The position numbers and the translations under genes are program-made. Shown piece after piece: positions 35,776-45,204 of a stretch of 64,000 nucleotides of DNA. The notes under the pieces were generated by a model. It saw only the letters and a program-made list of their open reading frames with translations, had not been told where the DNA came from and did no database searches. Within the stretch, counting starts at the first letter, position 1. Each line of letters starts with the position of its first letter. This DNA is from Candidatus Bathyarchaeia archaeon (lineage in GTDB: Archaea; Thermoproteota; Bathyarchaeia; Bathyarchaeales; Bathycorpusculaceae). Where the stretch lies: assembly GCA_038872535.1 (NCBI GenBank), contig JAVZJY010000001.1:6108-70107 (forward strand), in the 5' to 3' direction.

Positions 35776-35816
35776 GAGGAGACGATATCAGTCAACTCCA
35801 CAATTGGGGAAAACTC

Positions 35817-36128
35817 ATGGACATTAAAATAATCTCCGACAAAAGGAACCCGTTACTAAAAAGAAGAGAAGTATATTTCCAAGTGGAACACACCCAGACA
35901 GGCAGCACCCCGCCAAGACTTGAAGTTAGAAAAGCCGTAGCTAACGCATTAAAAACAAATATAGATTTAGTTACTATTAAAAAATTTGAAACTAAAACGG
36001 GAACGCATACCGCCAATGGAATAGCAAACGTTTACGATTCTATTGAACAGGCAAGACTTATTGAACCAGAATATATTATCAAGAGAAATGTTCCCTCCGA
36101 AAAACCAAAGGAAGAGGAAAAGGAATAA
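35817..36128 (+). CDS. rps24e: Ribosomal protein S24e
   Basis: 103 aa, with NPLLKRREV...TPPR near the N-terminus. Confidence 0.9.
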   Translation: MDIKIISDKRNPLLKRREVYFQVEHTQTGSTPPRLEVRKAVANALKTNIDLVTIKKFETKTGTHTANGIANVYDSIEQARLIEPEYIIKRNVPSEKPKEEEKE

Positions 36129-36130
36129 AC

Positions 36131-36373
36131 ATGACTGAAAAAGCAGAAGAAAAACCAGAAGAGAAAAAGGAAACAGAGAAAATAGTCAAGGCTGAAAAGA
36201 GAAAGAAAAGGAAAAAGGGCGTTTTCTCACTATATAAAATTGAAAAAGACAAAATTGCAAGGTTACGTCCAACATGCGAACGCTGCGGACCAGGATATTT
36301 TATGGCTGACCACGGTGACAGATACACTTGTGGACATTGCGGTTTTACACGATACAAACCTGCTGAGAAGTAA
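36131..36373 (+). CDS. rps27ae: Ribosomal protein S27ae
   Basis: 80 aa with a CERCG...CGHCG zinc ribbon and a K/E-rich N-terminal extension. Confidence 0.85.
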   Translation: MTEKAEEKPEEKKETEKIVKAEKRKKRKKGVFSLYKIEKDKIARLRPTCERCGPGYFMADHGDRYTCGHCGFTRYKPAEK

Positions 36374-36419
36374 ACAACTTTAAATCATACGAAACATTGA
36401 TAATTTCAGATGACCCTAA

Positions 36420-36842
36420 ATGATTAGAGTAAATGTATCCATAACCAATGTATCTGCCGAACGCTTTTGGGATATTAGAAAACCCATCCCACCCATCCAA
36501 ATAAACACAAACCTAAACCTTTTAGGGATGGAAAAGAAGCCAGACGCCTTAGAAGTTCCCTTCGTCTTAACAATCAGCTTCAACCCTTCCATAGCACAGA
36601 TAAGCCTAAAAGGTAAAGCCTATGTTGCTGGAGACGCAAACGAGGTTGAAAGGGTCTATAAAGATTATGAAGAGAAAAAACCGCCACCACCCGTTATAGT
36701 GCAATCAATTTCAAACGTTGTTTTCATAGAATCCGTAATAATATCTAGAACATTAAATATTCCACCACCAATTCCATTACCGCAAATACCGGAAGCTAAG
36801 CAGCCAAGCAAAAAGCCTACAGAAAGGGACTACAGCGCTTAA
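36420..36842 (+). CDS. Hypothetical protein
   Basis: 140-aa ORF with Pro-rich segments and no recognisable family. Confidence 0.45.
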   Translation: MIRVNVSITNVSAERFWDIRKPIPPIQINTNLNLLGMEKKPDALEVPFVLTISFNPSIAQISLKGKAYVAGDANEVERVYKDYEEKKPPPPVIVQSISNVVFIESVIISRTLNIPPPIPLPQIPEAKQPSKKPTERDYSA

Positions 36843-36855
36843 AATCTTGAAATAG

Positions 36856-37260
36856 CTACTTTAATGGAACATACATTGAAGAGCGAGAAGCACCTATACC
36901 TGGAGTCCCATGTTTTACTGGTTTATTTGTAATTGCAAACTCGCCTAAATAGTGTCCAATCATTTCGGGTTTTATTTCAACAGCAACAAATTCTTTGCCA
37001 TTGTGAACAAATATTGTGATGCCAACCATTTCAGGCAAAATAATCATGTCACGCACATGAGTCTTAACTTTTACACTGCCTCCTTTTCTAAGAGCTTCTT
37101 TTGCTTCTCTTATTTTTTCAAGCAGTATCCTCTGCTCCTGTGTTAAACCACGTTGGAAACTTCTTCTTTGTCTTGAAGGAAGCAAATTAATGAATTCGTC
37201 CATGGACAGATTTTGCAGTTGGTTAAGGGTGTATCCGCGATAGGTAAATTCCTTAGGCAT
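36856..37260 (-). CDS. rps19: Ribosomal protein uS19
   Basis: 134 aa with the GKEFV.VEI...GHYLGEF motif. Confidence 0.95.
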   Translation of the reverse strand: MPKEFTYRGYTLNQLQNLSMDEFINLLPSRQRRSFQRGLTQEQRILLEKIREAKEALRKGGSVKVKTHVRDMIILPEMVGITIFVHNGKEFVAVEIKPEMIGHYLGEFAITNKPVKHGTPGIGASRSSMYVPLK

Positions 37261-37287
37261 TCTTCAACCCATCACATTGCAGTTGCA

Positions 37288-38034
37288 TTAAACGCTATAA
37301 ACCTTCCTTTTCTTCTTTTGCCCAGCTCCTCTGGCTGCAATCAACCCAACCTTTTGTCCAGGTGGAGCACCATGGGAGGTTGTGGTTCCTTTTCTTGCAC
37401 TTCTTTTGCTGCTACCATAAGGATGCACCGCAGCAACCATCGCCCTACCGCGAGTTCTCGGATACTTACGCCCTCGAGCCCTCATTAAATGAAATTTCAT
37501 GCCAGCCTTCAAGAAAGGTTTCTCCGTCCTGCCAGCCCCTGAAACAACACCAACAGTTGCCCTACAACGGTCATCTATATACCGCGTCTTTCCTGATGGA
37601 AGCTTGATTATGGTTCCCTGAGCCGTATGCGTCACAACCATTGCATAGGCTCCAGAGGATTTTGCGATTTTGCCACCGTCACCTGGACGAAGCTCTATAT
37701 TGCATACCATTGTGCCTTCCGGAATCCTTCCTATGGGAAGAATGTTGCCCACATCAACCGCGGCTTTTCCTCCCATTTGAATTTGCTGTCCTATAGAAAG
37801 CCCTTCTGGAATCACAGTGTAACATGTTTCGCCATTTTCGAATCTTATTAAGGCTAAGGGTGTCCCGCGTCCTGGATCGTGGACAAATTCTTCAATGACG
37901 CCTTTTATTGTCTTTTCATATTCTTCTGCCGCCACAGTTGTGGGATACTGCGAGGGAGCCACTCTTTTGTGGGTTGCCGCTTTAAATGTGGGGGCACCAC
38001 GTCCACGCCTTTGAACCCGAATTCTCTTTCCCAT
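37288..38034 (-). CDS. rpl2: Ribosomal protein uL2
   Basis: 248 aa with GRGAP, GDGGK and VAAVHPYGS motifs. Confidence 0.95.
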   Translation of the reverse strand: MGKRIRVQRRGRGAPTFKAATHKRVAPSQYPTTVAAEEYEKTIKGVIEEFVHDPGRGTPLALIRFENGETCYTVIPEGLSIGQQIQMGGKAAVDVGNILPIGRIPEGTMVCNIELRPGDGGKIAKSSGAYAMVVTHTAQGTIIKLPSGKTRYIDDRCRATVGVVSGAGRTEKPFLKAGMKFHLMRARGRKYPRTRGRAMVAAVHPYGSSKRSARKGTTTSHGAPPGQKVGLIAARGAGQKKKRKVYSV

Positions 38035-38056
38035 GATTTATTCCTTCCACATATGT

Positions 38057-38317
38057 TTATAATATTCCAAGTTTGATTGCGACATCTGTCGCCTTATAGT
38101 CTGGATGAAGCTTAACAAAGGCTTTCTTTTCTCCTTGCGGTGTAATTTGAAGATTTACTTTCTTAACTTCAACTTCATAAAGTTCCTCAACAGCCTTTTT
38201 CACGTCTTTTTTGTTTGCTTTAAGATTAACTATGAAGACAAGCTTGTTTTCTTTTTCAACCATTAAACTGGCAGCTTCAGTCATTAAAGGATAAAGTATA
38301 ACTTCATTAGGGTCCAT
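38057..38317 (-). CDS. rpl23: Ribosomal protein uL23
   Basis: 86 aa. Motifs KL.F.V...A.K.DVK.AVEELY.V are present, and it sits between L4 and L2. Confidence 0.9.
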   Translation of the reverse strand: MDPNEVILYPLMTEAASLMVEKENKLVFIVNLKANKKDVKKAVEELYEVEVKKVNLQITPQGEKKAFVKLHPDYKATDVAIKLGIL

Positions 38318-39102
38318 TAGGCTTCCTCTCCATAAAGTTCATTCAGTCTCTCAATTGTGCCTCGTGTCCAGATTGTGAGCCTTCCAGGATGGGTTCCAGG
38401 GGCGAGTATTTCAGCGTTTAAATTGTTAACAGTAACAACGTCCAATCCGGGGATGTTTCGTGCAGCTTCTATTATTCCCTTGTTTTCATTCACAACTATA
38501 AGCGGACCCACAGCCTGTTTTATTTTTCTTCCTCTACGTTTACCTTTTCCAGCACGGATGTTTCTACTTTCTTTAACTCTGTAAATGTCTGAAAACACAC
38601 CCAATTGTACGAGGGCTTCTTCAACATCTTTCGTTCTCTTCAGCTCCTCAAGGTTATCTGTAACTATTAGAGGGATTTGTGGAACATCTTCGATTGCATG
38701 GTTCCGAGAGGCTACCACTTCTCTACGGGCTGTGGCAGCTATCGCTGAAAGTAACGCAAGCCTTTTTTCCTTCTTTGGGATTCGTTTAACGATTTTTTTA
38801 TTTGAGGTTGGTGGATGCGCTGCCCTTCCGCCCACTGTTCCCGGAGCGAAGGCGCCCCTACCCGCTGGTCCCTTAGTTCGAGGTATTCTCGCTATGCCTA
38901 AATCTACGCCTCTGGATTCTGCCGATGTTCTTTTTCCAGCCATCGGATCTCTGCCTTGAGGTTGGATTCTGCTTGATTGTATTGCCAATACGGCTCTTTT
39001 TATGACATCAGGTCTTAATGGAGTTTCAAAGACTGATGGAAGTTTTATTTTTCCAACAGGCTTTCCTTGAAGATTGAAGATATTCACCGTCTTTTTAGCC
39101 AT
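38317..39102 (-). CDS. rpl4: Ribosomal protein uL4
   Basis: 261 aa with QGRDPMAGKRTSAES. It sits between L3 and L23. Confidence 0.9.
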   Translation of the reverse strand: MAKKTVNIFNLQGKPVGKIKLPSVFETPLRPDVIKRAVLAIQSSRIQPQGRDPMAGKRTSAESRGVDLGIARIPRTKGPAGRGAFAPGTVGGRAAHPPTSNKKIVKRIPKKEKRLALLSAIAATARREVVASRNHAIEDVPQIPLIVTDNLEELKRTKDVEEALVQLGVFSDIYRVKESRNIRAGKGKRRGRKIKQAVGPLIVVNENKGIIEAARNIPGLDVVTVNNLNAEILAPGTHPGRLTIWTRGTIERLNELYGEEA

Positions 39103-39116
39103 TTTGCGCCCACCGT

Positions 39117-40130
39117 CTACTTTCCTTGCGGAGACTCAAGGGATATATGGGTGATTTGTGGCAACTCCTCAGCGGCTTGTTTTGGCGGACGAGCCGGATA
39201 GCGCAATTTTATTGCACGTTTCTCTGGTCCCGGCACGCTCCCATCAAGCAAAATGTAAGGTCCACGAACTATTCCATATCTTATGAAACCGCCTTTAGGC
39301 GTTACTTCTTTTCCGTCCTTTCCAATTTTGAGAATGCGCTTGTTGTATTCTGTTCTTTGGTGAAAACCCATTTGCCCAGCACGTGGAACGCTATACATTA
39401 CATGGTGGGGGTTCCATGGACCCAATGTTGCTATGCCCCTTTTTGTCTTTCTTCCCTTATGCTGCAGAACTGTTACACCCCAACGTTTTACTGGTCCTTG
39501 AAAACCTTTTCCGGTCGAAACGGCGATAACGTCTACATATTGACCTTCTTTAAAAATTTCAGCGGAGTTCACAGTTTTTCCTAAAAGGTTTTTTGCATAT
39601 TCAAACTGTTGTTGGATTGTCCCTCCGCCTATTTCAATTTCTGCAACGTCTGGTTTTTTCTTTGGCACGCCAGTTTGTTTCGGTTGAGTTATGGCTATAA
39701 CGCGGATTTTTGTCGCCTTTTCCAAGTTTCCTTCAATTTTTTTGAGGCTTTCTTCTGTATTGAAGTTCTCTGGAAGGGTGAAAACGCGTTCAAGTTCTTC
39801 TGGAGGGTCTTTCATCCATGCTTCTGTAATGGTTTGCAAACCATAGGTGTTTTTTGTGTAGGCTCTAACAGCGCATACAAGTATGGGCGGCGTTTCTATA
39901 ATGGTTGCTGGGCGCATTACTTCTTTGCCATAGTTTGGTGAACGTTTTCTATCCTCTATTGCAAACACATAACTCATACCAGCCTTATAACCCACAAAAC
40001 CCAAAAGCCTAGGCGTTTCAGCCTCAATTTTTGGCCAATACCGAATTCTAGCCAACAATCTTTTAGCACGTTTCCTAGGCAAATAAGCAAGTGAACCATG
40101 TTTTGGCGCATGCGTTTTTCTATGACCCAT
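39117..40130 (-). CDS. rpl3: Ribosomal protein uL3
   Basis: 337 aa with PRHGSLAY-like N-terminus (PKHGSLAYLP) and GKGFQGPVKRWG. Confidence 0.95.
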   Translation of the reverse strand: MGHRKTHAPKHGSLAYLPRKRAKRLLARIRYWPKIEAETPRLLGFVGYKAGMSYVFAIEDRKRSPNYGKEVMRPATIIETPPILVCAVRAYTKNTYGLQTITEAWMKDPPEELERVFTLPENFNTEESLKKIEGNLEKATKIRVIAITQPKQTGVPKKKPDVAEIEIGGGTIQQQFEYAKNLLGKTVNSAEIFKEGQYVDVIAVSTGKGFQGPVKRWGVTVLQHKGRKTKRGIATLGPWNPHHVMYSVPRAGQMGFHQRTEYNKRILKIGKDGKEVTPKGGFIRYGIVRGPYILLDGSVPGPEKRAIKLRYPARPPKQAAEELPQITHISLESPQGK

Positions 40131-40305
40131 CGTTTCTCGCTTCGCGTCTTTTAGGAATGAGAATAAAGAGTTATAAACGTTACCGTTAGACGCTTAAAGA
40201 CGAATACAAATTTGGGAGCAAATTTATCCATTATTGATAGGTCCCTCTAGATTTTCCTCTAGTAAATGTTATAAAGTGAACGATAGAATCTTTTAGGGGT
40301 TTAGC

Positions 40306-40929
40306 GTGTCAGATGTCATGTCTAAAGTTGCTTACGCTCTTTACAAGTCTGGATGTTTAAAATTTGGCACTTTCAAGATTAAATCTGGAGCCTTAAGCCC
40401 CTACTATATAGACCTTGCCTCCTTACTTTCCTCGCCCAAAGACCTATCCACCATTGTCGATATAGCAACAGAAAAAATTCAAGACGTTATGAAAACCGAA
40501 AAAATAGACAAGTTAGCCTCCATCGAGTTAAAAGGTGCTCTCATACTGCCAAGCATAGCATGCAAAGTAAATCTGCCATGCACCATAGTCAGAAAAGAAG
40601 ATAAGACTTACGGGGTTACTGGAAGAATTGCGGGAGCCGATGTTGCCAAGGGCGAAAACATACTATTTTTTGATGATGTTGTCACCGAAGGATTGTCCAA
40701 GCTTGAGGGAATAAAAGTCTTGGAAATGTTAGGAGCACATGTTAAAAACTTGATGGTTGTTGTGGACCGAGAAGAAGGCGGCAAAGAAAACCTTGAAAAA
40801 TTAGGATATAAAGTGCATGCCCTTGCAAAAGTTTCCGAACTTGTTGACCTCCTCTTCCAAACAGAACAAATCTCAAAAGAACAAAGAGATGCCGTCATTA
40901 ACTATGTTAAAAAGGATAAAATGTTTTAG
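40306..40929 (+). CDS. pyrE: Orotate phosphoribosyltransferase-like PRTase
   Basis: 207 aa with FKIKSGALSPYYIDL and the PRPP loop FFDDVVTEGLS. Confidence 0.8.
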   Translation: MSDVMSKVAYALYKSGCLKFGTFKIKSGALSPYYIDLASLLSSPKDLSTIVDIATEKIQDVMKTEKIDKLASIELKGALILPSIACKVNLPCTIVRKEDKTYGVTGRIAGADVAKGENILFFDDVVTEGLSKLEGIKVLEMLGAHVKNLMVVVDREEGGKENLEKLGYKVHALAKVSELVDLLFQTEQISKEQRDAVINYVKKDKMF

Positions 40930-40954
40930 CGGCTGAGATTACGAGTGGGCAGAA

Positions 40955-41503
40955 TTAAACCTTTGCAATTATTGCGTTTAGTATTTTTTGAGCACATTCT
41001 TCTGGCTTAAATTTAGTCGTATCAACTGTTATTTCTGGATTTAGTGGCGGTTCATAAGGTTGTCCAAAACCAGGAACAGTTGGCGCTTTTCCTTGGAGGG
41101 CTTTGGCGTAAATTTGTTTTGGTGCATGGTAAGTTGTTCCTCTTTTGGCTTCACGTTCCATACAAACCTCTAAAGGACATTCCAAATAAGCTTCGATAAA
41201 ACGTGATATTTGTTTTCTGGCATTTTCTCGGTAACGTCTCAAGTTGCCAGTAGCATCGATCACAACGTTTACGCCATTTTGTGTTAAAAGTTTGGCAATA
41301 TAGACAAGAGTGGAATAAACTATGTCGCGTTCTTCCAATGTGTAGGTTGGGTTGGGAGTTAAAACCTTACGCAAGGCATCCGAAGCCAAAAGTTGAGCAT
41401 GTATGTTTTTCTCTTTAAGAAGTTTAAGCAAGGCTTCAGAGACAACAGACTTTCCGCTGCCAGGCAAACCAGTAATCCAAACGCACCAACCCTCTTTAAC
41501 CAT
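40955..41503 (-). CDS. cysC: Adenylylsulfate (APS) kinase-like P-loop kinase
   Basis: 182 aa with WITGLPGSGKS and LDGD-like (ASDALRK) context. Confidence 0.7.
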   Translation of the reverse strand: MVKEGWCVWITGLPGSGKSVVSEALLKLLKEKNIHAQLLASDALRKVLTPNPTYTLEERDIVYSTLVYIAKLLTQNGVNVVIDATGNLRRYRENARKQISRFIEAYLECPLEVCMEREAKRGTTYHAPKQIYAKALQGKAPTVPGFGQPYEPPLNPEITVDTTKFKPEECAQKILNAIIAKV

Positions 41504-41526
41504 GAAGCTCCCTCCTATAGAACGGA

Positions 41527-41925
41527 TTATAGTTGCAGTTCATGCATAAATCCTCTCAAAAATTGATAATTTTCTACCTTAAACAGGTGGCTTATGCATC
41601 TACAATCCGAAGAACCAAAACCTCGCATGGGAACGCCCTTCTCACTTATAATATTCGCCACTCTACACTCATCAAAAGGCTCTTGCACTGTAAAAACCTT
41701 CAAAACATTTACACTCTCATCACCAAGCAAATAATCTATATGCCAAAATTTTCGCTTATTCTTTTTAAGATGACGTTCAACCCTTTTCCTCAAGCATTTT
41801 TTGGCTGAACCTATATAGACGTAGATTCCTTTTTCAAAATTTAAATTTCCCAAGGCGCCCACATTAACGTTAATGTTTTTGCCAACATTGATGACTAAAA
41901 CATACGCGTCGTTCACTATGCTCAT
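41527..41925 (-). CDS. DUF123 protein (GIY-YIG nuclease superfamily)
   Basis: 132 aa with GIYVYIGSA...RHL...KFWHIDYL motifs. Confidence 0.75.
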   Translation of the reverse strand: MSIVNDAYVLVINVGKNINVNVGALGNLNFEKGIYVYIGSAKKCLRKRVERHLKKNKRKFWHIDYLLGDESVNVLKVFTVQEPFDECRVANIISEKGVPMRGFGSSDCRCISHLFKVENYQFLRGFMHELQL

Positions 41926-41929
41926 CCAT

Positions 41930-42058
41930 TTAAGAATTATTAGGAGTATACCATTTCAAAATTTCAGCAATAGCCTCCTCAGAATATCCCATCTCTTTAA
42001 GCTGCCTCTTCAAATCCTCAACGAGTTCATCATCCAAATTAGCCGCCACAAACAGCAA
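41930..42058 (-). CDS. Possible 42-aa small protein upstream of DUF123 (below ORF-track cutoff)
   Basis: A TTG/GTG..TAA ORF encoding LLFVAANLDDELVEDLKRQLKEMGYSEEAIAEILKWYTPNNS. It ends 4 nt before the DUF123 ATG. An AT-rich ATAAATAG lies about 20 nt upstream. Confidence 0.3.
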   Translation of the reverse strand: MLFVAANLDDELVEDLKRQLKEMGYSEEAIAEILKWYTPNNS

Positions 42059-42103
42059 AATTCAATCCAAAACTATTTATCCTTTACCCTCAACGTTTAA
42101 GCC

Positions 42104-42574
42104 ATGCCAAACCAAAAAACACTACACTATGTAACCTACTGCGGTTTATACTGCAAACTATGCGCACAACAAAGCCGCATACCAAAACAAGCATCCCAGC
42201 TAGAACAAAGCCTCCACGAAGAAGGGTTTGACGACTTTTATCAATACGTGCCAGAAATGAAAGAAACCTTTCCGCAGTTCTGGCAATTTCTACAAAAACT
42301 CGCAACATTCAACTGCAACTGCAGAGTGGGCAAAGGCGGACCCCCAGACTGCAAAATCCGCAACTGCGCCAAAGAAAAAGGGATAGAAGTTTGTCCACAA
42401 TGCAGAGAATACCCATGCACACTTATACAATCATTGGCAGAACATTATCCAACCCTAATTCAAGATGGAAAACGCTTGCAAAAAATCGGCATAGAAGAAT
42501 GGGTTAAAGAACAAGAAGAAAGGGCTAAACGTGGAGTAGTGTACGCAGACATACGCTACAGAACCGAAAACTAA
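42104..42574 (+). CDS. DUF3795 cysteine-rich protein
   Basis: 156 aa with YCGLYCKLC ... CRVGKGGPPDCKIRNCA...CPQCREYPC motifs. Confidence 0.75.
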   Translation: MPNQKTLHYVTYCGLYCKLCAQQSRIPKQASQLEQSLHEEGFDDFYQYVPEMKETFPQFWQFLQKLATFNCNCRVGKGGPPDCKIRNCAKEKGIEVCPQCREYPCTLIQSLAEHYPTLIQDGKRLQKIGIEEWVKEQEERAKRGVVYADIRYRTEN

Positions 42575-43734
42575 ACTTCAGCAATATAGGAATTTACACG
42601 TTTTAAATCGAATCTTTCAAACTGCAAAACGTTCCTCACAAAGTTCAGAAGTTTTATGCGAACATCCCTGTTTAAGTTGGGATACCATATTGGCGAGGCA
42701 ACGACCAACCCGCGCCATGCATAGAAGGGTTGAACAACCTCAAGAATTTCCAAATCATCTGTCTTCTCTAAATAATTTTTCCAGAACAGATGGAACAAAT
42801 GCTCGAAAACTCCAGCTAACTCGCCATATTTTTGCAGAGAGTAAAAGATGTAATTGATTGTCATGGCAGTGACATCATCTGCAGGTTCTCCCCACTCGCC
42901 CCTGCTGCGGTCCAAAACCGTAAAGTCTGCGCCTTCACGAAACATGACGTTCCAAGGATGAAAATCCCCATGCACTTGACTGAGTCTATGGGCTTTACGT
43001 TTAAGTCTCCAACGCCAAACGATACAGTCCCTTTCAATATCGATCAGATCTGACTCGTTAACAAAATCAAGTTCGTGTGGATAACTATCCAATAAACCCA
43101 TAATGCATTCGCCGTGCCCAACAAGTTCACGGGCACGCCTAACATAAAGCCATGGAGCATCTCGCTTAACCTTATGAATTTCAACAAGATAATCTGACAA
43201 GGCTAAACAGCGCTTCTCATCCAATTCATTTAACTGTCCGTTTTCTTTGAGAATGTCCAAATCAAAATGGTATAGTTTACCATCCACAAGTTCAGTTAAA
43301 ATAAAAAATTCACCACAATCACCCAAAGACTTCAAACCATCGCCCTTTACAGTAAAAGCACCAACATCTAACGAACGCACATGACGAGGCAACTTATTAA
43401 ATGCTGAATGCTGCCAAAGCAAGACTTGAGCCCTATCAGAAACATAATCATGCCCAAACCCTTCAGAACGCATTGTCTCTAAAACAACCCGTTTAGTTAC
43501 ACCATTAACCATAAACTCAATAACGTATGGAACACCATAACCAAAACCCTTCAAATCCCTTGAAACCTCAGACTTTTCAGCTCCAAGCCTCCAAACTCCA
43601 CAAATTTTAACATTAGCATCATACAAAGAAGATAGATACTCACGAAGAACATTTTCAGAAACTCTTAGTTGTTTGTTACTTCTTTTTGTCACCATCCGCC
43701 TTTCACCCACATCATAGCATCTCGCCACAAACAC
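42571..43734 (-). CDS. Aminoglycoside phosphotransferase (APH)/choline-kinase-like protein kinase-fold enzyme
   Basis: 387 aa with the catalytic HGDFHPWNV motif and a downstream VLDRS...GEPADD. Confidence 0.7.
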   Translation of the reverse strand: MFVARCYDVGERRMVTKRSNKQLRVSENVLREYLSSLYDANVKICGVWRLGAEKSEVSRDLKGFGYGVPYVIEFMVNGVTKRVVLETMRSEGFGHDYVSDRAQVLLWQHSAFNKLPRHVRSLDVGAFTVKGDGLKSLGDCGEFFILTELVDGKLYHFDLDILKENGQLNELDEKRCLALSDYLVEIHKVKRDAPWLYVRRARELVGHGECIMGLLDSYPHELDFVNESDLIDIERDCIVWRWRLKRKAHRLSQVHGDFHPWNVMFREGADFTVLDRSRGEWGEPADDVTAMTINYIFYSLQKYGELAGVFEHLFHLFWKNYLEKTDDLEILEVVQPFYAWRGLVVASPIWYPNLNRDVRIKLLNFVRNVLQFERFDLKRVNSYIAEV

Positions 43735-43802
43735 AGGGTTAAGGTGAAAGCTGTACTTAAATATATAAATAAATTACACCTTTGACTTCCAGTAAAGGCT
43801 TC

Positions 43803-45170
43803 ATGGCGATTGAAATGAACATACTTATCCACAGCGGAACAATTTTAACAATGCACAATGGAAAAGTTCTTCGCCAAGGCGCCATTGCAATAGAAGAAGA
43901 GACAATAGTTGAAGTTGGAAAAACCCAAGAACTAAAAAGAAAGTATAAAAGAGGCTACGAAAAGATAGATGCAAAAGGCAAGATTGTCCTGCCAGGTTTC
44001 ATCAACACTCACCAGCATGCCGCCATGAGTTTACTGCGAGGGTACGCTGATGATTTACCACTCCAAGAATGGTTGGAAAAATGGATATGGCCCATAGAAA
44101 AACACATGACACCCCACGACATTTATGTTGGAGCCCTACTAACAGCAATAGAATCCATAATGGGCGGAACAACAACAGTAAACACAATGTACCATTACGC
44201 ACCGGAAGAAAACGAAGCAAAAGCCTTCGCAGACGCAGGCTTAAGGGGAGTAATCGGTCATGTTTGCTTTTCATGGAGGAAGGAAGAGGATAAAAAAGCA
44301 TTATTGGATTTGGCCAAAAATTGGCACACAAAAGAAAAAGGGCTAATTCGTGTCAGTGTGGACCCTCATGCACCATACACAGTTGACCCAGAATTTATGA
44401 AAGAACTAAAAACCATAAGAGAGGAATTAACAGAAAAGTTTGGCTTAGAAAATGCGCCAATAATCTGGCATACACATGTTGCTGAAACAAATGATGAAGA
44501 AGAAAAAATCCGAAAAGCCTTCAACGTCAAAATTAAAAAGGGAGTTATGGCATACTTAGATTCATTAGGAGTTTTAAATGATAAGGTAGTTGCAGCTCAC
44601 TGTGTAGCTTTAAGGGATGAAGATGTTAAAATCATGAAAAGAAGAGATGTTAAAGTTTCACATAATCCCATATCAAATCTTAAACTTGCTTCCGGCGTAA
44701 GCCCCATCCCAAAAATTCTGAAAGAAAATATAACAGTTTCCTTAGGCACTGATAGCCCATGCTCAAACAACACGGCAGACATGTTTGAAACAATGAAGAC
44801 AACAGCCATTCTACATAAAGGGGTAAACAAAAACCCCACGCTGTTGCCTGCGGAAAAAATTTTGGAGATGGCAACTATAAAAGGGGCAAAAGCATTATCT
44901 TGGGATAACGAAATAGGCTCAATAGTCGCAGGCAAAAGGGCAGATTTAATAATCATAAACATGAATAAACCGCATCTTTGCCCACTGTACAATGAGGCAA
45001 GCCACTTGGTTTACGCTGCAAAGCCATCCGATGTTGAAACTGTAATAGTAAATGGCAAATTAATCATGGAAAATAGAACGCTTAACACATTAAATGTTGA
45101 AAAAGTCATGGCGCTCGCCGAAAAAGCAAAAGAAAACCTTCTTAGAAAATTAAGCGCCAACATTAAATAG
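43803..45170 (+). CDS. mtaD: Amidohydrolase: 5'-methylthioadenosine / S-adenosylhomocysteine (5'-deoxyadenosine) deaminase-like
   Basis: LPGFINTHQHAAMSLLRGYADD, HVAET and GTDS motifs. The start is ATG 43803 or 43815. Confidence 0.85.
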   Translation: MAIEMNILIHSGTILTMHNGKVLRQGAIAIEEETIVEVGKTQELKRKYKRGYEKIDAKGKIVLPGFINTHQHAAMSLLRGYADDLPLQEWLEKWIWPIEKHMTPHDIYVGALLTAIESIMGGTTTVNTMYHYAPEENEAKAFADAGLRGVIGHVCFSWRKEEDKKALLDLAKNWHTKEKGLIRVSVDPHAPYTVDPEFMKELKTIREELTEKFGLENAPIIWHTHVAETNDEEEKIRKAFNVKIKKGVMAYLDSLGVLNDKVVAAHCVALRDEDVKIMKRRDVKVSHNPISNLKLASGVSPIPKILKENITVSLGTDSPCSNNTADMFETMKTTAILHKGVNKNPTLLPAEKILEMATIKGAKALSWDNEIGSIVAGKRADLIIINMNKPHLCPLYNEASHLVYAAKPSDVETVIVNGKLIMENRTLNTLNVEKVMALAEKAKENLLRKLSANIK

Positions 45171-45204
45171 TTAGTTTAGATGAGCATAAGAGGAAGGAAT
45201 AAAA

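Noticed and set aside
40231-40265. Short direct repeat cctctag x2 between the rpl3 operon and pyrE
   Set aside because: The match is only 7 bp and it is a single pair in a divergent promoter region. This is insufficient to call a regulatory site.
41979-42033. C/D-box sRNA-like arrangement on the minus strand (ATGATGA ... 44 nt ... CTGA)
   Set aside because: There are no recognisable internal D' (CTGA) or C' (TGATGA) boxes at the expected spacing, and no terminal stem. The boxes fall in frame inside a plausible small ORF (..LDDEL.. and ..YSEE..). Chance occurrence is more likely.
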